Assembly (NCBI GenBank): GCA_051294375.1
Contig: CM119267.1
Location: 15,726,105 to 15,790,104, forward strand
Source: Paraspadella gotoi
Taxonomy: Eukaryota; Animalia; Chaetognatha
Direction of reading: 5' to 3'
DNA length: 64,000 nucleotides
The notes beneath the pieces were generated by a model, which worked only from the letters and a program-made list of their open reading frames with translations, was not told the origin of the DNA and did no database searches. Positions 39,601-53,089 of this stretch are shown here, in pieces. A program made the translations under genes and the position numbers. The first letter of the stretch is position 1, and each line of letters opens with the position of its first letter.

Positions 39601-41018
39601 CAATCATTCCGGTCCTGAAATAGTCTAATTTGTTTACTTTAAAGTTTAAAGTAAATATTTTTTACTTGGGTTATAGAATGCCGTAAGTTCGCTCACCGGA
39701 TTTCGGGACCTTTCGTGTCAAGAGCGATAGCAACGGGGCGAGGAGGGTCCAATTGCGACGCCGCCTCACGGGCGTTGGCAATAGTCGTAGCATGATATTC
39801 ATGGGTCCCATGAGAAAAATTTAACCTCACGATGTTCATACCTTTTGGAAGAATTTTTTTTCTCATAAAGTTATCGTTACAACTTACATAAAATGTACTT
39901 GCCCGGTGGCCGCCAAGCAGTTAAGTAGGACGGGACGCTTAACCCAAATATATAGCATAGGGCTAAAGCCAGGTCCTAAGCTCTGGGACTGCTAATTTAT
40001 ACTACATATATTATAATAAATTATTCTCTCTTGAATAACTATTGAATATCAAATAACCCTAATAAAATTCAAAAAATGCTTTAGAAATTCCCGCCAAGAA
40101 AGCCGTTTTGAATTCTTTTTACTGTGCTGCACAAAATTACTTGGTAAAACGATCACATTTCCGTTATAACTTTTACATACAAAATTACCGACAAAATGTT
40201 TACAATAATTTTTATTATAGTATTATGATAATATCGGCATTACTCATTTTTAGAAATGTATATAATAATCATACTGTTGGGGGGGATGTATGATGGACTA
40301 AAATCCACCAACCGTTCATCAGCGGCCATTGGTGCAGGAGGCAAGTCATTCGCCTCCCAACCCAAAAGTCCGGGGTCCTAGCCTGGTGGTCACCTAGCAG
40401 TTAAGAGGGACGGGGTGCTTAACCCGCCTGTAACACGATGTTACAGCCTGATCCGAAGCTCAGGGAGTGCTTATAATGAACGGTTCTATCCCTAACTCAT
40501 AACAATTATTACTGTCTATTCAGTTGTTTATTTATCGAAGTTAAAAACAGGCGATGATATAAAAACATTTCCAAATTTTTTGTAAACAATCCAAATGAAT
40601 AATAAAATGACGCTAATACACAGTGACTTAACACTTAACATCACCAATAAATTAACCATAAAATAATGCTTAAGCCATGTGCTGACTCCGCTTTCCTTGC
40701 AGAACAATGGAGGAGCCGAGTTTTTAGTTTTAAATGATGGTGTAAATATAATATTATACAAATTACAGAATCTATTTTAATTATTTTTTCTAAAATTTTT
40801 ATTTTAATAAACTCACCGGCATCCATAAGCTTCTTCAACATTTCAACAGATTGCGTCGCTGGACCAATGGTACAAATAATACTGGCCTTTCTTGCAATGG
40901 CTGGGGAAGAATCAATGTCCAGCAAACACATATGTTCAAGGGCCGAATTTGCATCAGCAGCGTCAAGCTGCTGCGGATGGATAGCCAAATCGGACTCCAT
41001 GGTCGCAGAGAAGCTCAT
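36624..41018 (-). CDS. PKM: Pyruvate kinase (multi-exon)
   Basis: [68 protein letters not shown]; last exon [17 protein letters not shown]. Confidence 0.95.
36892..37439 (-). mobile_element. Helentron/DINE-1-like element, family H1
   Basis: Same termini and internal blocks as 19110-19869. Confidence 0.55.
39901..40032 (+). mobile_element. Divergent, 5'-truncated family B copy
   Basis: GCCCGGTGGCCGCC then GCAGT...CCAGG-TCCTAAGC-TCTGG-GACTGC. Confidence 0.55.
40287..40522 (+). mobile_element. Family B copy in a pyruvate kinase intron, preceded by a G7 tract
   Basis: Near-identical to 54274-54508; twister-like core 40397-40470. Confidence 0.7.
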
Positions 41019-41265
41019 TTTTATCAACTTAAACAGTCAAAATTCTGAATCAAATTTCAAAAAATATATCAGTCTAGTTTTCCATTAAACTGACATAAAT
41101 CTATAATTAAATAACAATTAATAAATTTTGATCCTTAAATCAATCATAGATTATATATATGAAACACATGTTAATGAAAAAGTATACAATAATACAAATA
41201 AAATTTCAAGCGTCTTGAAAATAAATCTGGACACTGGACAGCGATCATTATCATAAACGTATTTA

Positions 41266-42145
41266 CAGAAGGCTTCATATTATAAAATGAAGTGGTGGTT
41301 TTTTTTTTTTGATCAGAATCCGTTCCCACCAAACTTCTCGATCGAATTTCATGAAATTATACATACGTATAATATAGAGTCCTAGTGACGATTTAAATTG
41401 AACTATCGAGGCGAATTTTGATATGGTGGACAAAAAACAGCTAATTTTTTTTTTCAATTTAAATTTTTTTTAATAGCATCAGGTGCATTGACGTCCTAAT
41501 CATATAAAGAAAACATTTTAGAACTAAATTTTTAATAATTAAGCATTGTTTGAAGATGCATGGTTTTTAAAACTTCCAATTTTCCAAATTATTCCAAATC
41601 ACACTTGAACTGCTGATGTTCATAAAGTTGAAAATTATGGTAAAGTAATATTTTTGTGGTAATAAATACGTTTTGTGGAAGAATAAACGTATGTGCAACT
41701 GTTCAAAAGAAAAACAATTTAAAAATTAAAAAAAAATTTTGACCATTTTTTGCCCCTTTGTGTGACCCCTTGGAGGGCCGCTTTCCAAACGCTTGCCGAA
41801 TCATCGATGACTCGAGAATATACTAAAGACTCTTTTGAAATGTTTAAAGATTCATATCAATAAACGTGTCTATTATTATTATGATTATTATTTCATTAGT
41901 TTCTATTTCAGACCACTTAGAGCACCATTATTATTTGCCATTATTTGTCATCACTGATGCCGCTGCCGCACCGCAGAATCCGCCCACCATCACATATCTT
42001 GGCTGAGGGGTCAAATATTGCAATTCGCCTTGATAGCTCTATTTGTATTCACATGGGGATCGTTCATACTAAATTTAAAAAAAATTTGGTCCAGCAGTAT
42101 TCTGGTAACCAAAAATCACCACATTTTATAATATGAAGCCTTTTG
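41266..42145. mobile_element. Tc1/mariner-type MITE
   Basis: TIR CAGAAGGCTTCATATTATAAAATG at both ends, flanked by TA. Confidence 0.8.
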
Positions 42146-42161
42146 TAGTTTAATATACTTT

Positions 42162-45100
42162 TTAATCCTTTTTTTCAACAAAAAAGGGATTGGACCAGAA
42201 AACTTCAACATTAAAATTCTGTTTTTTTAATCGACACAAAAACTTTTCCTTAAAGTGTTCGTCAACAAAATCGATCGCGATACGACGCGAATTTAGTTTA
42301 GCTCCATGAAGGTATTCCCTAGCCATGAGTGCTTCAGTTTGCGATTCAAAAGTAATCAGCGCTTGACAGTTGTGATGGTCAAAAAACGTCCTGACGGGAC
42401 CGACTTGTTGAAAAAAATGAACCAAGTCCGTATGAGTAGTATGCGGTAATACATAATCCACACAGAGGTGACGCGATAAATACGGGTAAGCGAAGGTAAC
42501 CCTAGAAGCAGCTTTTCTTGATTCCCTTTCAACAGCTTGAAACGCAGAATTAGCGAAGAAGTAGTGGACGATAAGTTCGACTTGATATCGCTCCAATTTC
42601 ACCAAGGGCCCGAATTCTGAGAAAAAACTTATTAATTCAGCATCACTAACATAAGGATCAACTCTCTGAATCCAAACTTTTTTGGAAGCTTTAACATTAA
42701 ATTCTGAGCGTTCTTCACTGGAACTATGCGTTAGCTTATCCATGCAAATTAAATGAAAATTGGGGTAAAGAGTAAGGAAGTTGGCAGTCAAATCAACTGC
42801 TCGAGAAACAGAAACGGTTTCCACAAAAGTGATTATTATATCACGCTTGTCGATACTGCTGTGTATTCTTTCAATTTTGCCACAATTTCCGAAGTCGCGA
42901 TGTATGCATATTTTTAACCTCGCCTCATCTTGAAACGGATAACCTTGGACCAAAACTGTCCGATTCAATGGATGACTTTTGGCTGAATCAGTAGACTTCA
43001 TATTGCCAACGGAATTGTTTGTCAGAATTGGTGGGTTTGTAAATTGAAGAGATGATCTTTGAACTTCTTGGGCGAGTGACAGAAGAGGGATAGAACTATT
43101 TTCTACACTGTTCATTAATTTCGAATCCGCATTACTATGAAAAAGAATATTTTCAGATAGTGTATTTTGGTTAATATTTACGGAGAGCTTATCGGAACCA
43201 AAAACTTTACCTTTAAAATAAGGAATTTCATCTTCGGAAATAAAATCAACTTGAATTTTCGAATTTATGAGAAGGGAACCTCGGCTTTCCACTAGGGCAT
43301 GAATAGCATTGTCTTCATTTTCGAAAAGAGCAACAGCGTAAGGTTTACTGTTATCGCAAATTACTTCATTTGGGCGAGAACCAAATTTAGAGAAAAATAC
43401 ATGTACCAATTTACAACTGTTGTTTGGAACCGGATACAGCCAGAGGGCTTTCGTTGGATTTGGTTTGTCTAATTGTATCCTAATTTTATGTCCATCAAGA
43501 TACATTCCGTCCAATTCCCTCGCAGCGGAAAGTGCACTGGAAATCTTATCAAATATAATTAAAGCAGATTGTGATCCATGTTGCAAATCTATTCTTATTA
43601 TGTTTCCATAAGGTTTAAAAACGCGACGAATTTGACGTCGCAATGTATTGATATTCAAATTATGAATGGTTATTTTACGCGAAGCATCTTGATTATATTC
43701 GTCTATGCAATCATAATTATTTCGTGGTCTTTTATCCTGAAATAATTTCTTAAATTCTTCAGTAACATAATCAATTCTAATACCGAAATAATTAGTTTTT
43801 TTAATACTTTCAAACGCCATGACGGACTCGTTTTGGTCACAAAACGTAAGAACGCCATGATCTTGATTACAATCTAAGTTTTTCACTGGTCCAAATTCAC
43901 TTAATTTAATCCCAATATTATCAGCAGAGTAACTTCCAACGTTCCCAATCCACAAATAAATACTACTTTTGTTAACTGCTGGCTTCAAATTGCCATATGG
44001 GAGACCATTAGTTAAAAGTTTAGACACTGAAATTTCATTTAGAAAATACACTAAAGCATATTCATTAAATTTATCAACATGAAAGACGTTGCCATACCTC
44101 TCGAATATGCACTTGGTTTCGGCAGAAGAACATTCAGGTTTTAAGCCCTGTACAAATAATTTTCGAGTAGGCGTTATTACTTTTAGGACTGTCGAAGGTA
44201 TATTAAAAAGCTGAATATTCTGTTCTTTTTTATCATGAGAAATCATGTCGATATGTAATGTGTGTCCAGGGGCTAACTCCATATCCCTTAACTTGTCCAC
44301 CGCAAAAAAGGCTACAGCGATATTTTTATATTCAACAACACTCACATTTGCTTTCGCATCAAATACAGTTCTCATAACGTCTCCAAAAGAGTGGATAATA
44401 TTTAAAAATATTTCTTCAGAAATGGTAGCAGGAATGTTACTAATCCAAAGTAAATTTCCAAAATCTTCCATGCAAAATTCGACATTTATCTGGGAACCCA
44501 TCAATTCGGAGTCATTTGCGTTCGCCACAGCGGCGAACGCCGATTTTATGTCTGCATAATAGATATATCCTCTATCTAATGCCATATTTATCGGTTTAAT
44601 CTCAACGGCAGTAATAGTGCCATAAAGATCAAATGCATTTTTAAGCTCGGTCTGGGAAACCCCCGGCGGAATAGGATAAATTTTAATAACTCGAGAAATT
44701 TCAGCCAATTTTGTAGATTTCTGGACAATATTTTTTAGCATTTTCATTTGAGTTTCACTCGGTTTTTTACCTTGAGTACCATAAGAGAGCTTTAAAATTT
44801 CTGAACCCAAGCGTTTTCCATTCATGTACTTTATAATTTGAGCTACAACGACAGGATTTTCAAAGAAAATGAAGACCATCTTCGATGAGACTTTATTCAT
44901 TTGATCCAAAAGTTTCATTTTAACATTCCGTATTTCTCCGAAGGAACTAAAGATTTCCCGGATCTCCATATCAGATATACCAATGTCGATTCGAGAAATA
45001 TGCAAACAACTAGTTGCATTGCTAACATCTACAACAGTTTCAATATCCATATTCAACATGGATGGTGTTAACGAGGCTGAGGATGAAGTCATTGAATCCA

Positions 45101-46840
45101 TTAATGGTTTTAATGACAAAGTTCCCCTATCTGAGAGATTACCCTTTTTTTCAATTGATACCGAATTTTTTTTTAGGTTCGATTGACGAGATCCATTGAA
45201 TTTGTCATTTTCCTTATTCAATCTTCCCAATTCCTTAGTTTCATCATATTTTACACCGCTTTCATCAATATTCTTTCCGTTCACATCGGCTCTTTTCGCT
45301 ACAGGATGAGCTCCGAGAGAAAATTCCTCCATGCTGTTGTCAGAGTCTGTCACATATTTCTCCTTGAATAAATCTTCGTCGCTTTTGTCGAACTTTCCAT
45401 AAAAATGAGCCAAGAACCCCTCAGAAGTATAGTCCGCCAGAAAAGTCATTCCGCGCCACTTAGATCCGTGAAGAGTATGGAATGCGTTCATGGAACTTTC
45501 GATCGATAAAAAGGTTATCAATGCCTCCGGCCTGCACGGGGCTATCTTCAGGTCCCCGACGGGTCCAAATTGGGAAACGAACAACCGCTCTAATTCAGAT
45601 TCGTTGGGTCGCGGTTCCGGGGGATTAAACCTAATCCAGATAGTTTTAGAGGTTCGCTGTGGTGGAGCAAATGATAGTTTCAAATTTTCATAATTAAACC
45701 GACGGGAAAGTGGACTTGCGATTGCGACCACAACCGATGAAATACTCTCGTACTCGATCGTAATAGAAGAGTTGCCAGTGTCGCCGAAATCGCAACTTAA
45801 TATTGTGCCAAATCGGACGAAGAACGACCGAAGCGACTCGGGATCTGGAGGTCTCGCGAAATTCTCAATCAGCAATGTCTTGGTTGCCCACGGATGGCTC
45901 TCATTCATTGGCATGTTTTCGGCTTTAGCTCTTTGTGATCGCGTCAAGCAAAAAATAGATTTTTCATTGCAAGTGGAATCCGCTTGGCTAGAAATTCTAG
46001 CCCTTTTTGCCGGAGAAACGTTATCCTTGCTCTGCGAGTCCGGAAAATCCGCTTCATTCGGCCGTGATCCGGGAGAAGACTCACGAAACCTATTGTAGTC
46101 AATTACCGAAGCTGGCTTTTGTCCCTCGTCCTTTGCCAAAGTCTTTGAGGACCGTCCTGAGTGAGTGGCGTCTGACGTGCGTGTTCGAGCAAAGCTTAGG
46201 GAAAGAGTAGTCACTGATGAAGGTGGATGAACGGGTGAAGAAATTGATTTGGATTTGGTGTCCGCGGATAAAATGAAAGGGAAAGGCGCTTGGCGCGATT
46301 GTGAAAGATCCTGAGAATGAGATTGAGAACCTTTGGTGGTCTGGGACAACGAAATATCTGGAACGACGTCGAGCGGTGGTATTCGAAGAGGAGACGGATC
46401 GTCCTCGGTAAAGAAACAAGGGTATTTTAACCGTTCCGATTGCAGATTTTGACTAATAGATCGAGATGCCGAATGAGTTTCGTCGGGGCAAAAAATTGAC
46501 AAATTCTTGGCAAAATGAAAAATAGGAGAATGAAGAGATGTTGGTAATAATGAGGGCAGGGGTAAAGAAGGCGGGGGTAAAGAAGGAGGCGGCAAGGCAG
46601 GCGGTGGCAGGGAAGGGGGACGAAGTGGAGGTGGGCACGGTAGAGCTGGAGCTACCGAAATAGGACTGTCATCTTCGACGGATGGAGATGGATTTGAAAT
46701 TGTACTCGTCTGTGAAATTTCTTCACCTCCGTAATTCTTGAGTTGTTGTGAAGCGAGGTATTTGTCACGAAAAATCCCCCGCGAGAACCAGATGGGTTTT
46801 TCTGTAAGACAAATTTTAGATTGCCAGTTACAAAAGAAAC
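42162..46840 (-). CDS. Uninterrupted ORF with ~12 tandem RRMs resembling SPEN RRM3-RRM4 pairs; Pro/Ser-rich N-terminal part; true start uncertain
   Basis: 1564-codon open frame. Repeats such as SRKITIHNL...ALIIFDKISSA...LDGMYLDGHKIRI...PTKALWL...YAVALF...RGSLL..KIQVDF. No SPOC domain visible. The listed start codon lies inside a repeat. Confidence 0.75.
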
Positions 46841-46842
46841 AA

Positions 46843-47601
46843 GTTTGAGCAAACAATGTCGGATCTGCTCACGATCATTATCGATAATTAATTAATTCAA
46901 GTTAATTAATTAATTAGGCAATTAATTAATTATACATTTAATTAATTAATTTGATCCGAAATATTTGTTTTGATTTATTAATTGACCGATTAATTATTGA
47001 TTAATTAATTGGCTAATTTACTAATTAATTGACTAATTATTTAATTAATTAATAGATATTGCATTTACATTTAATATAAAAATAAAAAGAAGCATAATCA
47101 ATTAGTGAAACAGGTTTTTTGTTTTTTTCCATTTAAACTCATTTCTACTCAAACGATTCCATCGAAACTTTATTTCCAGCTTAATCACACACTTTCCAAC
47201 CTACATACAAAATTTTAGGTCAATCACCCCATCCACTCATGAGTAATTGGTGTTCAAATAATGAAATATATTTTTTTTTGGTTTTTTTTTATTTAAACTC
47301 ATTTCCCTCGGACGATTCCATCGAAACTTCTGATGAGCGGGGTTTTCCGTCTCTTACTCACTCATGTCCAACACTTCATATCCAGCTCAATCACACATTT
47401 CCCTACCCAGACCCAAAATTTCATTTCAATCCATCCATCCAATCACGATTAATTGGTATTTTTTGCTAAGGTGGAACAGACGGACAGACAGACATTTTTT
47501 TGCATAATTTATCATAATTTGATGTTCTGACATGATATTGAGGGGGCGAACCGACGGACCGACAAAGTGAATTATCGAGTCGGGATAAGCAGATCCGACT
47601 A
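46843..47601 (-). mobile_element. Helentron/DINE-like element, family H3 (second copy begins ~63920)
   Basis: GTCGGATCTGC / GCAGATCCGAC subTIR; TAAT-rich interior; near-identical start at 63920-64000. Confidence 0.5.
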
Positions 47602-47669
47602 AAAATAATGATTATAATATACTTGGATTTTTTCGCTAAACAACTTTTAAAAATAAAACAGATTTTTTA

Positions 47670-47985
47670 ACCTTGGAGAAGTGGAGAGAAAACAATAAAG
47701 ACGTGTCCTCCCGCCATTACGGCAAATTGTCGCATTTCGTCAACGGTATCTTTAAGGGGCGCTGAATCGTGCATTTCCTCGCCGACAAAACGCACTCGTC
47801 CTTCATCGACGAAATCATTCCTCAGCTGGCCTGTGCCGCCGAAAAGACAATGCCCACTTTTCGATCGATAGACGACGAGGAAAGAACTAACCACATCGTC
47901 AGCAATCATGAAAAAATTGGAGATGTAACTCTCTACGAACAAACGTTCGGGAGAACGCATTATAAGTTCTCCCTCAAGAACGTCT
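47670..47985 (+). pseudogene. Orphan coding-like fragment with one in-frame TGA
   Basis: GC-richer, codon-like frame LEKWRENNKDVSSRHYGKLSHFVNGIFKGR*IVHFLADK...; TGA at 47763-47765; no family recognised. Confidence 0.3.
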
Positions 47986-48160
47986 CTCTTTTTTTATCTT
48001 TTCTTGTTCAATTACTGTTTCATAAATTTAATACAATTAAATCGATAAATGTGCATATTACTGTCAAAAAATGTAGCTAATAAAAATATTCGGAAATAAA
48101 GATCAATAAAAATGTATTAAAAGATAAATAGATGTATTTTTAAAATCAATTGAAAGTATT

Positions 48161-49036
48161 TTACTCGCTCCATGGTTTGAAAGTTTTCGATTCGGGATGT
48201 CTTTTTTTATGCACTGCTAAGTATTCTTTCCAAGAAGTCGAGAAGTCACAAATGTCGCACTTATACGGTTTTTTTGTCAGATGTTTATGCATGTGCACGA
48301 CCAGATGTTGTTTTCGTAAAGCTGAATAATCGCACAGGTGGCACTTGAAAGGCTTCCATGAATAATGTTTGCGCGTGTGAGCGACTAGAGATTGTTTTTG
48401 GGATGCGGAGTAGTCACACAGACGGCATCGGTAGGGCTTGTCCTTAAAATGAGTGGCTTCGTGCTGTTTGACGTGTTGACGTCGCGCTGCCGTGTAACTG
48501 CAGTGGCAACACCTAAATGGCTCCTTAGCGCTCCGCAGGTGCTTCCTTACATGTAAATTAAGACCGTGTTTTGATACGTCCTTGTAATCACAAACGCGGC
48601 AAGCGAAGTAGTCAATGTCGGAGCTGAGCGAATACATGTGATCGCGGAGGTGTGGGGCCGGCCGCTGTCTTGTTCGCGTTTCAACGCTCGGTTGATCCGA
48701 CCCTGCGGTCGCACTACCGTTGATTGCCTCGTAAGCTACTCGATCGAACACGCTCTCGTTTAATTCGTCGGGATCGAGTTCGAAAGTGTTCGGAGCAGAA
48801 AACTGGGAGAAAGAGAAAGGATCGTCGACCTCGGAACCGATTAAATCTCGATCCTCCAACAAAAATTGAACATTCTCGGTTGGCAAAATTTCGGCGCATG
48901 GCTTCCGGTCATCGGCGTTAACAGTTTGTGGTAACACTTCGTCAGCCAAAACGTAATACACTACGTTTTGTCCGGTATCATCCTCGGCCATCGAGTCAGT
49001 GGGTTTGAAACAAACCAATGAATTTTTTTGGGTCAT
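48161..49036 (-). CDS. C2H2 zinc-finger protein (5 fingers), intronless
   Basis: Repeated CxxCDYS...H...H with KPY/KPF linkers. Confidence 0.9.
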   Translation of the reverse strand: MTQKNSLVCFKPTDSMAEDDTGQNVVYYVLADEVLPQTVNADDRKPCAEILPTENVQFLLEDRDLIGSEVDDPFSFSQFSAPNTFELDPDELNESVFDRVAYEAINGSATAGSDQPSVETRTRQRPAPHLRDHMYSLSSDIDYFACRVCDYKDVSKHGLNLHVRKHLRSAKEPFRCCHCSYTAARRQHVKQHEATHFKDKPYRCRLCDYSASQKQSLVAHTRKHYSWKPFKCHLCDYSALRKQHLVVHMHKHLTKKPYKCDICDFSTSWKEYLAVHKKRHPESKTFKPWSE

Positions 49037-49180
49037 TCTCGCGGCTAAAAATTTAAAAAAAGCTTTAATTTTTTAAAAATTCGTAAATTTTATTAACAAT
49101 CTTTGCGTTTGCCTCATTTAAACTAAAGTAACCAATAGAAAGAAAAACAAGTTCGTTCGAGGTCGCGAAAATCATCGAGA

Positions 49181-51961
49181 TTAATTTTGCTTCATAGCAA
49201 TCCTTTTGTCGCGTTCTTCGGCCACTGACATTCTCACGCCTTTGCCTTCCGGAAGTGAAATCCATTGTTTGGACCCTTTCCCAATGGTGAAAATGTAGTT
49301 GAGCCTGAGAGTAAAAATTATTGAAAATTCGCGAAATTCACACTAAATGATACATGAAAGTTAACGCTAAGTTTAGAAACCTGGTGGCGAACGAATGACC
49401 GGCGGCGTCTTTAACGTGAACGATGTCGAAAGATCCAGGATGTTTCTCTCGATGCATTATGGTGCCGACCCTGCCCAAGTTACGTCCCCCTGTCACCTAT
49501 CGCACAATTAAAGTAAATACATAAACTTCAAATTGAAGGTTATAAAAAATGCGAAAAAAATGATGGCTCATCGTCGCACCATGCAAATGTTTCCAGATTC
49601 GAACTTAATGAAGTCGGTTATTTTTCCTGATGCAATGTCCACTTTGAGACAGTCGTTCGCTTTTATCAACGGATCAGGATACCTAAAGAACGAGAAAAAA
49701 TCTTAAAAGCAATCGCATTAAAAAAATATTGACCAATGACAAACTTTGATACTCAAAAAATCAAATTTGATATCGTAAAACGAAGTTTTATAAATAACAA
49801 ATCTGGCTTAATATATCAAAAAAATACAAGGGTTGTATGAGAGAGCTCGTTTTTGGACGAATCAAAGAGGCAACCGACTGAGAGAAAGAGAGAGAGCGAC
49901 ATATACAGAAGGCTTCATATTATAAAATTAGGTACTATGCCTATGGCAACAGCCGAGTTGCCTGTGATGCCAATTGGAATGGGGCATTTCACTGTTGGCT
50001 TTAGGGGCTACCGACCCTCAGACGTCTTCTGTCACTGGCGCGGTTACCCTAGCACGGTTTCGCTTTTTTTTCGCAGGAACAGGTTGAAAACTAGAAGTTC
50101 TCTCAAATAAATAATGGTTAAGTAACAGTTAGAGAATTTGAAAATAAAAATAATTTTTAAAATTTATCTTATTGATTAGCGCACGGAAGCGTTAAAGATT
50201 ATTTTATTACTATATAAATTTTAAAATTTTTTTTTAAATTTTTCAAGTTTTTTTAATAGGTTCTAGTAGAGCTTTAAAAGTTAGATAAAGGTTATTAATA
50301 CAACTTTTAAATTTTTTTTGTTTTATTGATAAAAAATTTAAAAAACCATAAAATTTAGCTGATGATGATGATGATGATAATGATGATTTTTTAAAGTTTT
50401 CTATTTTTAACCAATTTATTGTCAAAATTTTAAAATATTGTAGTACTAACTTTGATTTAACTTTTCAAGCTCTATAGGAATCCATTATTAAAAAATAATT
50501 TTTTTTAAAAAAAATTGTCATCTTATATATTAATAAATATTTAAAAGCTTCAGTGCAACAACCCAATGAACTAATTAAAAAAGTTACATTGAAAATCGAT
50601 TTAGTAATAGAAAATTTTTTTGAGAGAACTCGAAGTTATAAAAAGTGTTCAATTTTGGCTCGCCTTACTGTGGAGTGTGGATGGAACGCAACACTTAGGA
50701 TGGTGCGTTCCCCCAATGGGATTGGATGAACGATGGTTTAAGTGAGGCAGTGTGAATATACTTCCACAGTACCCGTTTTTTGGGACCAGAACACTTTCCG
50801 ATAAAACTACTGGACCAAATTAATTGAAATTTGGTATCATGGAGAATTTCAATATTTGACCTCTGAGCCGAGATATATTGTTTTGTTTTGAACGGTTTCA
50901 TAGACGTTTACTCTTCCACAAAAACTTAATTATTACCACAAAAATATTAGTTTACTTTAATTTTCAGCTTCCTGAACATCAGCGGTTGAAGTTAGATTTA
51001 AATTGGAAGTAAAACGATGAACCATGCATCTTCAAACCATGCTTAAGTATTAAAAATTCATCAATTTTAGTTCTAAAATGTTTTTTATATTTTAAAACGT
51101 CAATGAATATGATGCTAGCAAAAAATTATAAAAATTGGAAAAAACATTTTTTTAGCTTTTTTTGGTTGAATTTCAAAATTCGCCCTAATAACGTCATTAG
51201 GTCGAAATTCAATGGGGTAGTTTGGTGGGAACAGATTCTGGTCACAAAAAACGGATACCTCATTTTATAATATGAAGCCTGTAATTAAAAAAAAAGATGT
51301 ATAAATAGAAGAAATTTGTTTTCTTTATATAAAATGTAAACGAATCACATTTAATTTATCACCTCATCAGTTTTCAAGGACCTTGATGATAATATACATC
51401 TAAATTAAAAAATACAAATAATATAAAAAAGCGATCTATAAATTGGAACGCCAACGAAGACGCCATTTATTGGGGCCATCATTCCATAATCGTCGCAAGC
51501 ACAAGCGAATAACTTTACCTAATGGTCCGTCCATCCGTGGTGATCAAATAAGGTATTCCTTTTGGGCCAATCGACACTTTTTTAACGATGCACAACTTGT
51601 AAGATGCTTCCTCTTTAGAAATGCGATGCACCTTGTATCTTCCCTTGACATCGTAGACGAGGCGAAAATTCTCGCCAGTCTTCTCCATTTGGACCACATC
51701 CATGAATCCGGTGGGGTAAGTATGATCGGTGCGGACACGTCCGTCCACCTTCACTAATCGCTGGGCCAGGATGTTTTTGACCTCTTGGTATGTGAGGGCG
51801 TACTTCAGACGATTTCTCAGAAAGAGTGCAAGCGGAAGACACTCTCTAAGCTTGTGCGGACCCGAGGATGGACGCGGAGCGTAGCAGCCACCCAATTTGT
51901 CAAGCATCCAATGCTTGGGCGCCGCCACGCGCTTCATATGCTTTCGAGGACCTCGAACCAT
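49181..51961 (-). CDS. RPS4: 40S ribosomal protein S4 (4 exons)
   Basis: [22 protein letters not shown]...DGRTIR|YPDP...[11 protein letters not shown]...[15 protein letters not shown]. Confidence 0.97.
49906..51281. mobile_element. Same MITE family, with nested insertions
   Basis: TIRs at 49906 and 51261-51281; further TIR copies near 11638, 15022 and 31856. Confidence 0.7.
49942..50063 (-). mobile_element. 3' part of a third twister-LTR subfamily, degenerate
   Basis: Minus strand: GCGA-AA-CCG-TGCTAGGG-TAA-CCGC-GC-CAGTGAC...AGGG-TCGGTAGC-CCCT...ATCACAGGC...GTTGCCATA. Confidence 0.7.
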
Positions 51962-52036
51962 TTTCTAAGGTTATGATTTAATAAACTGACATAAAATCTG
52001 GAAAGGGGAAGGAAGAGGGATAACAAGTGCAATAAC

Positions 52037-53054
52037 TTATGCGTTTTTATCGAATGAGATTTCCCAAATTTCGAGGTACTCGTTCCTCGAGTAACTATCA
52101 ATAAAGCATTGGGGAAAATTTAAGTCGATCTCTTTGGCAGAAAATCGACCTCGTTCCATCTTCATCTCCGTCAAGCCCTCAAGACAAGCGCGAAAATGAT
52201 CGTAGAGGGGGGCTGAAGGTTCGTCGATGTCGTAGGCGCTAAACAAGATCCTCTTCTCGACGGACAAATAGAGATTTTTCTTGGGAAATTCATCGTCAAC
52301 GGTGGTCAAAGCGTTAAGAACTACCTCGAAGAACGCCTCAGTTACATCTGGGTCGAAAATTACGTCCGAGGCGAAGAACGTTTCTGTGTCTGTAAACATC
52401 TCCCGCAAGGACTTGGGAAAATCGGCGGCATTTTCGTCCTCTTGAATGTCGTCATTGAGACCCAACGTGGCATCGAGATCGTATTGGAGAAAATCAAGCG
52501 GAATCACACGGAAATCGGTGTCGACGCCTCTCTGACGAAGCATCGGCGAATTAAGGCGAATGTTCTCGGAGCAAAGATCGACGATGCCTGGGAGATCGGT
52601 GAGATAGATCCTACTTAGCGGACGACGTCGAAGAGCCAGAGCGGCCGCGACGCCGCAGAGCCCGGTGCCGGACCCCAGTTCTGTCCAGACGCGAGTACAA
52701 CGAACGGGAGGAGGCGGGCGGGAAAGGAAAAATTCCGCCAGGAGCAAGGCGCCCGTCCAAACTTGAAGACCGACCTGATTTGAAAAAAAAAAAAAAATCA
52801 AATCAATATCAGAGAGAGGATCAATCGAGAAGACATGCCTGTGACAAATTCGTCAACAAGGAATGACGAATGACGATGACGTCCGAATCCCCACAACGCC
52901 GTTTGACGCTAACGTCGTCATCCTCGGGGTCAACGATATCATCTTCTTCCTCGACGTCGAATCGAAACGGGAATCGCGTACGATAAGCGTCGCCTTCAAT
53001 TCGCGCCTTCAATCCCAGATGAACCTCGGACAGGACGACTTCGTGGGCATCCAT
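52037..53054 (-). CDS. METTL22: Protein-lysine methyltransferase METTL22-like (2 exons)
   Basis: VLSEVH, HSLLTNLSQ|VGLQVWTGALLLAEF, ELGSGTG, LSVEKR, PQCF..Y.RNEYLEIW. Confidence 0.82.
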
Positions 53055-53089
53055 TTTTCACACTCGTATTCATTCTTGAAGAGAGGACT

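Noticed and set aside
39901-40522. Two family B copies as the paired LTRs of one element
   Set aside because: The copies are too divergent and no PBS or TSD was found; only the G7 tract is suggestive
47330-47360. CTGATGAG motif (also at ~55249)
   Set aside because: No downstream GAAA or stem III, so not a hammerhead
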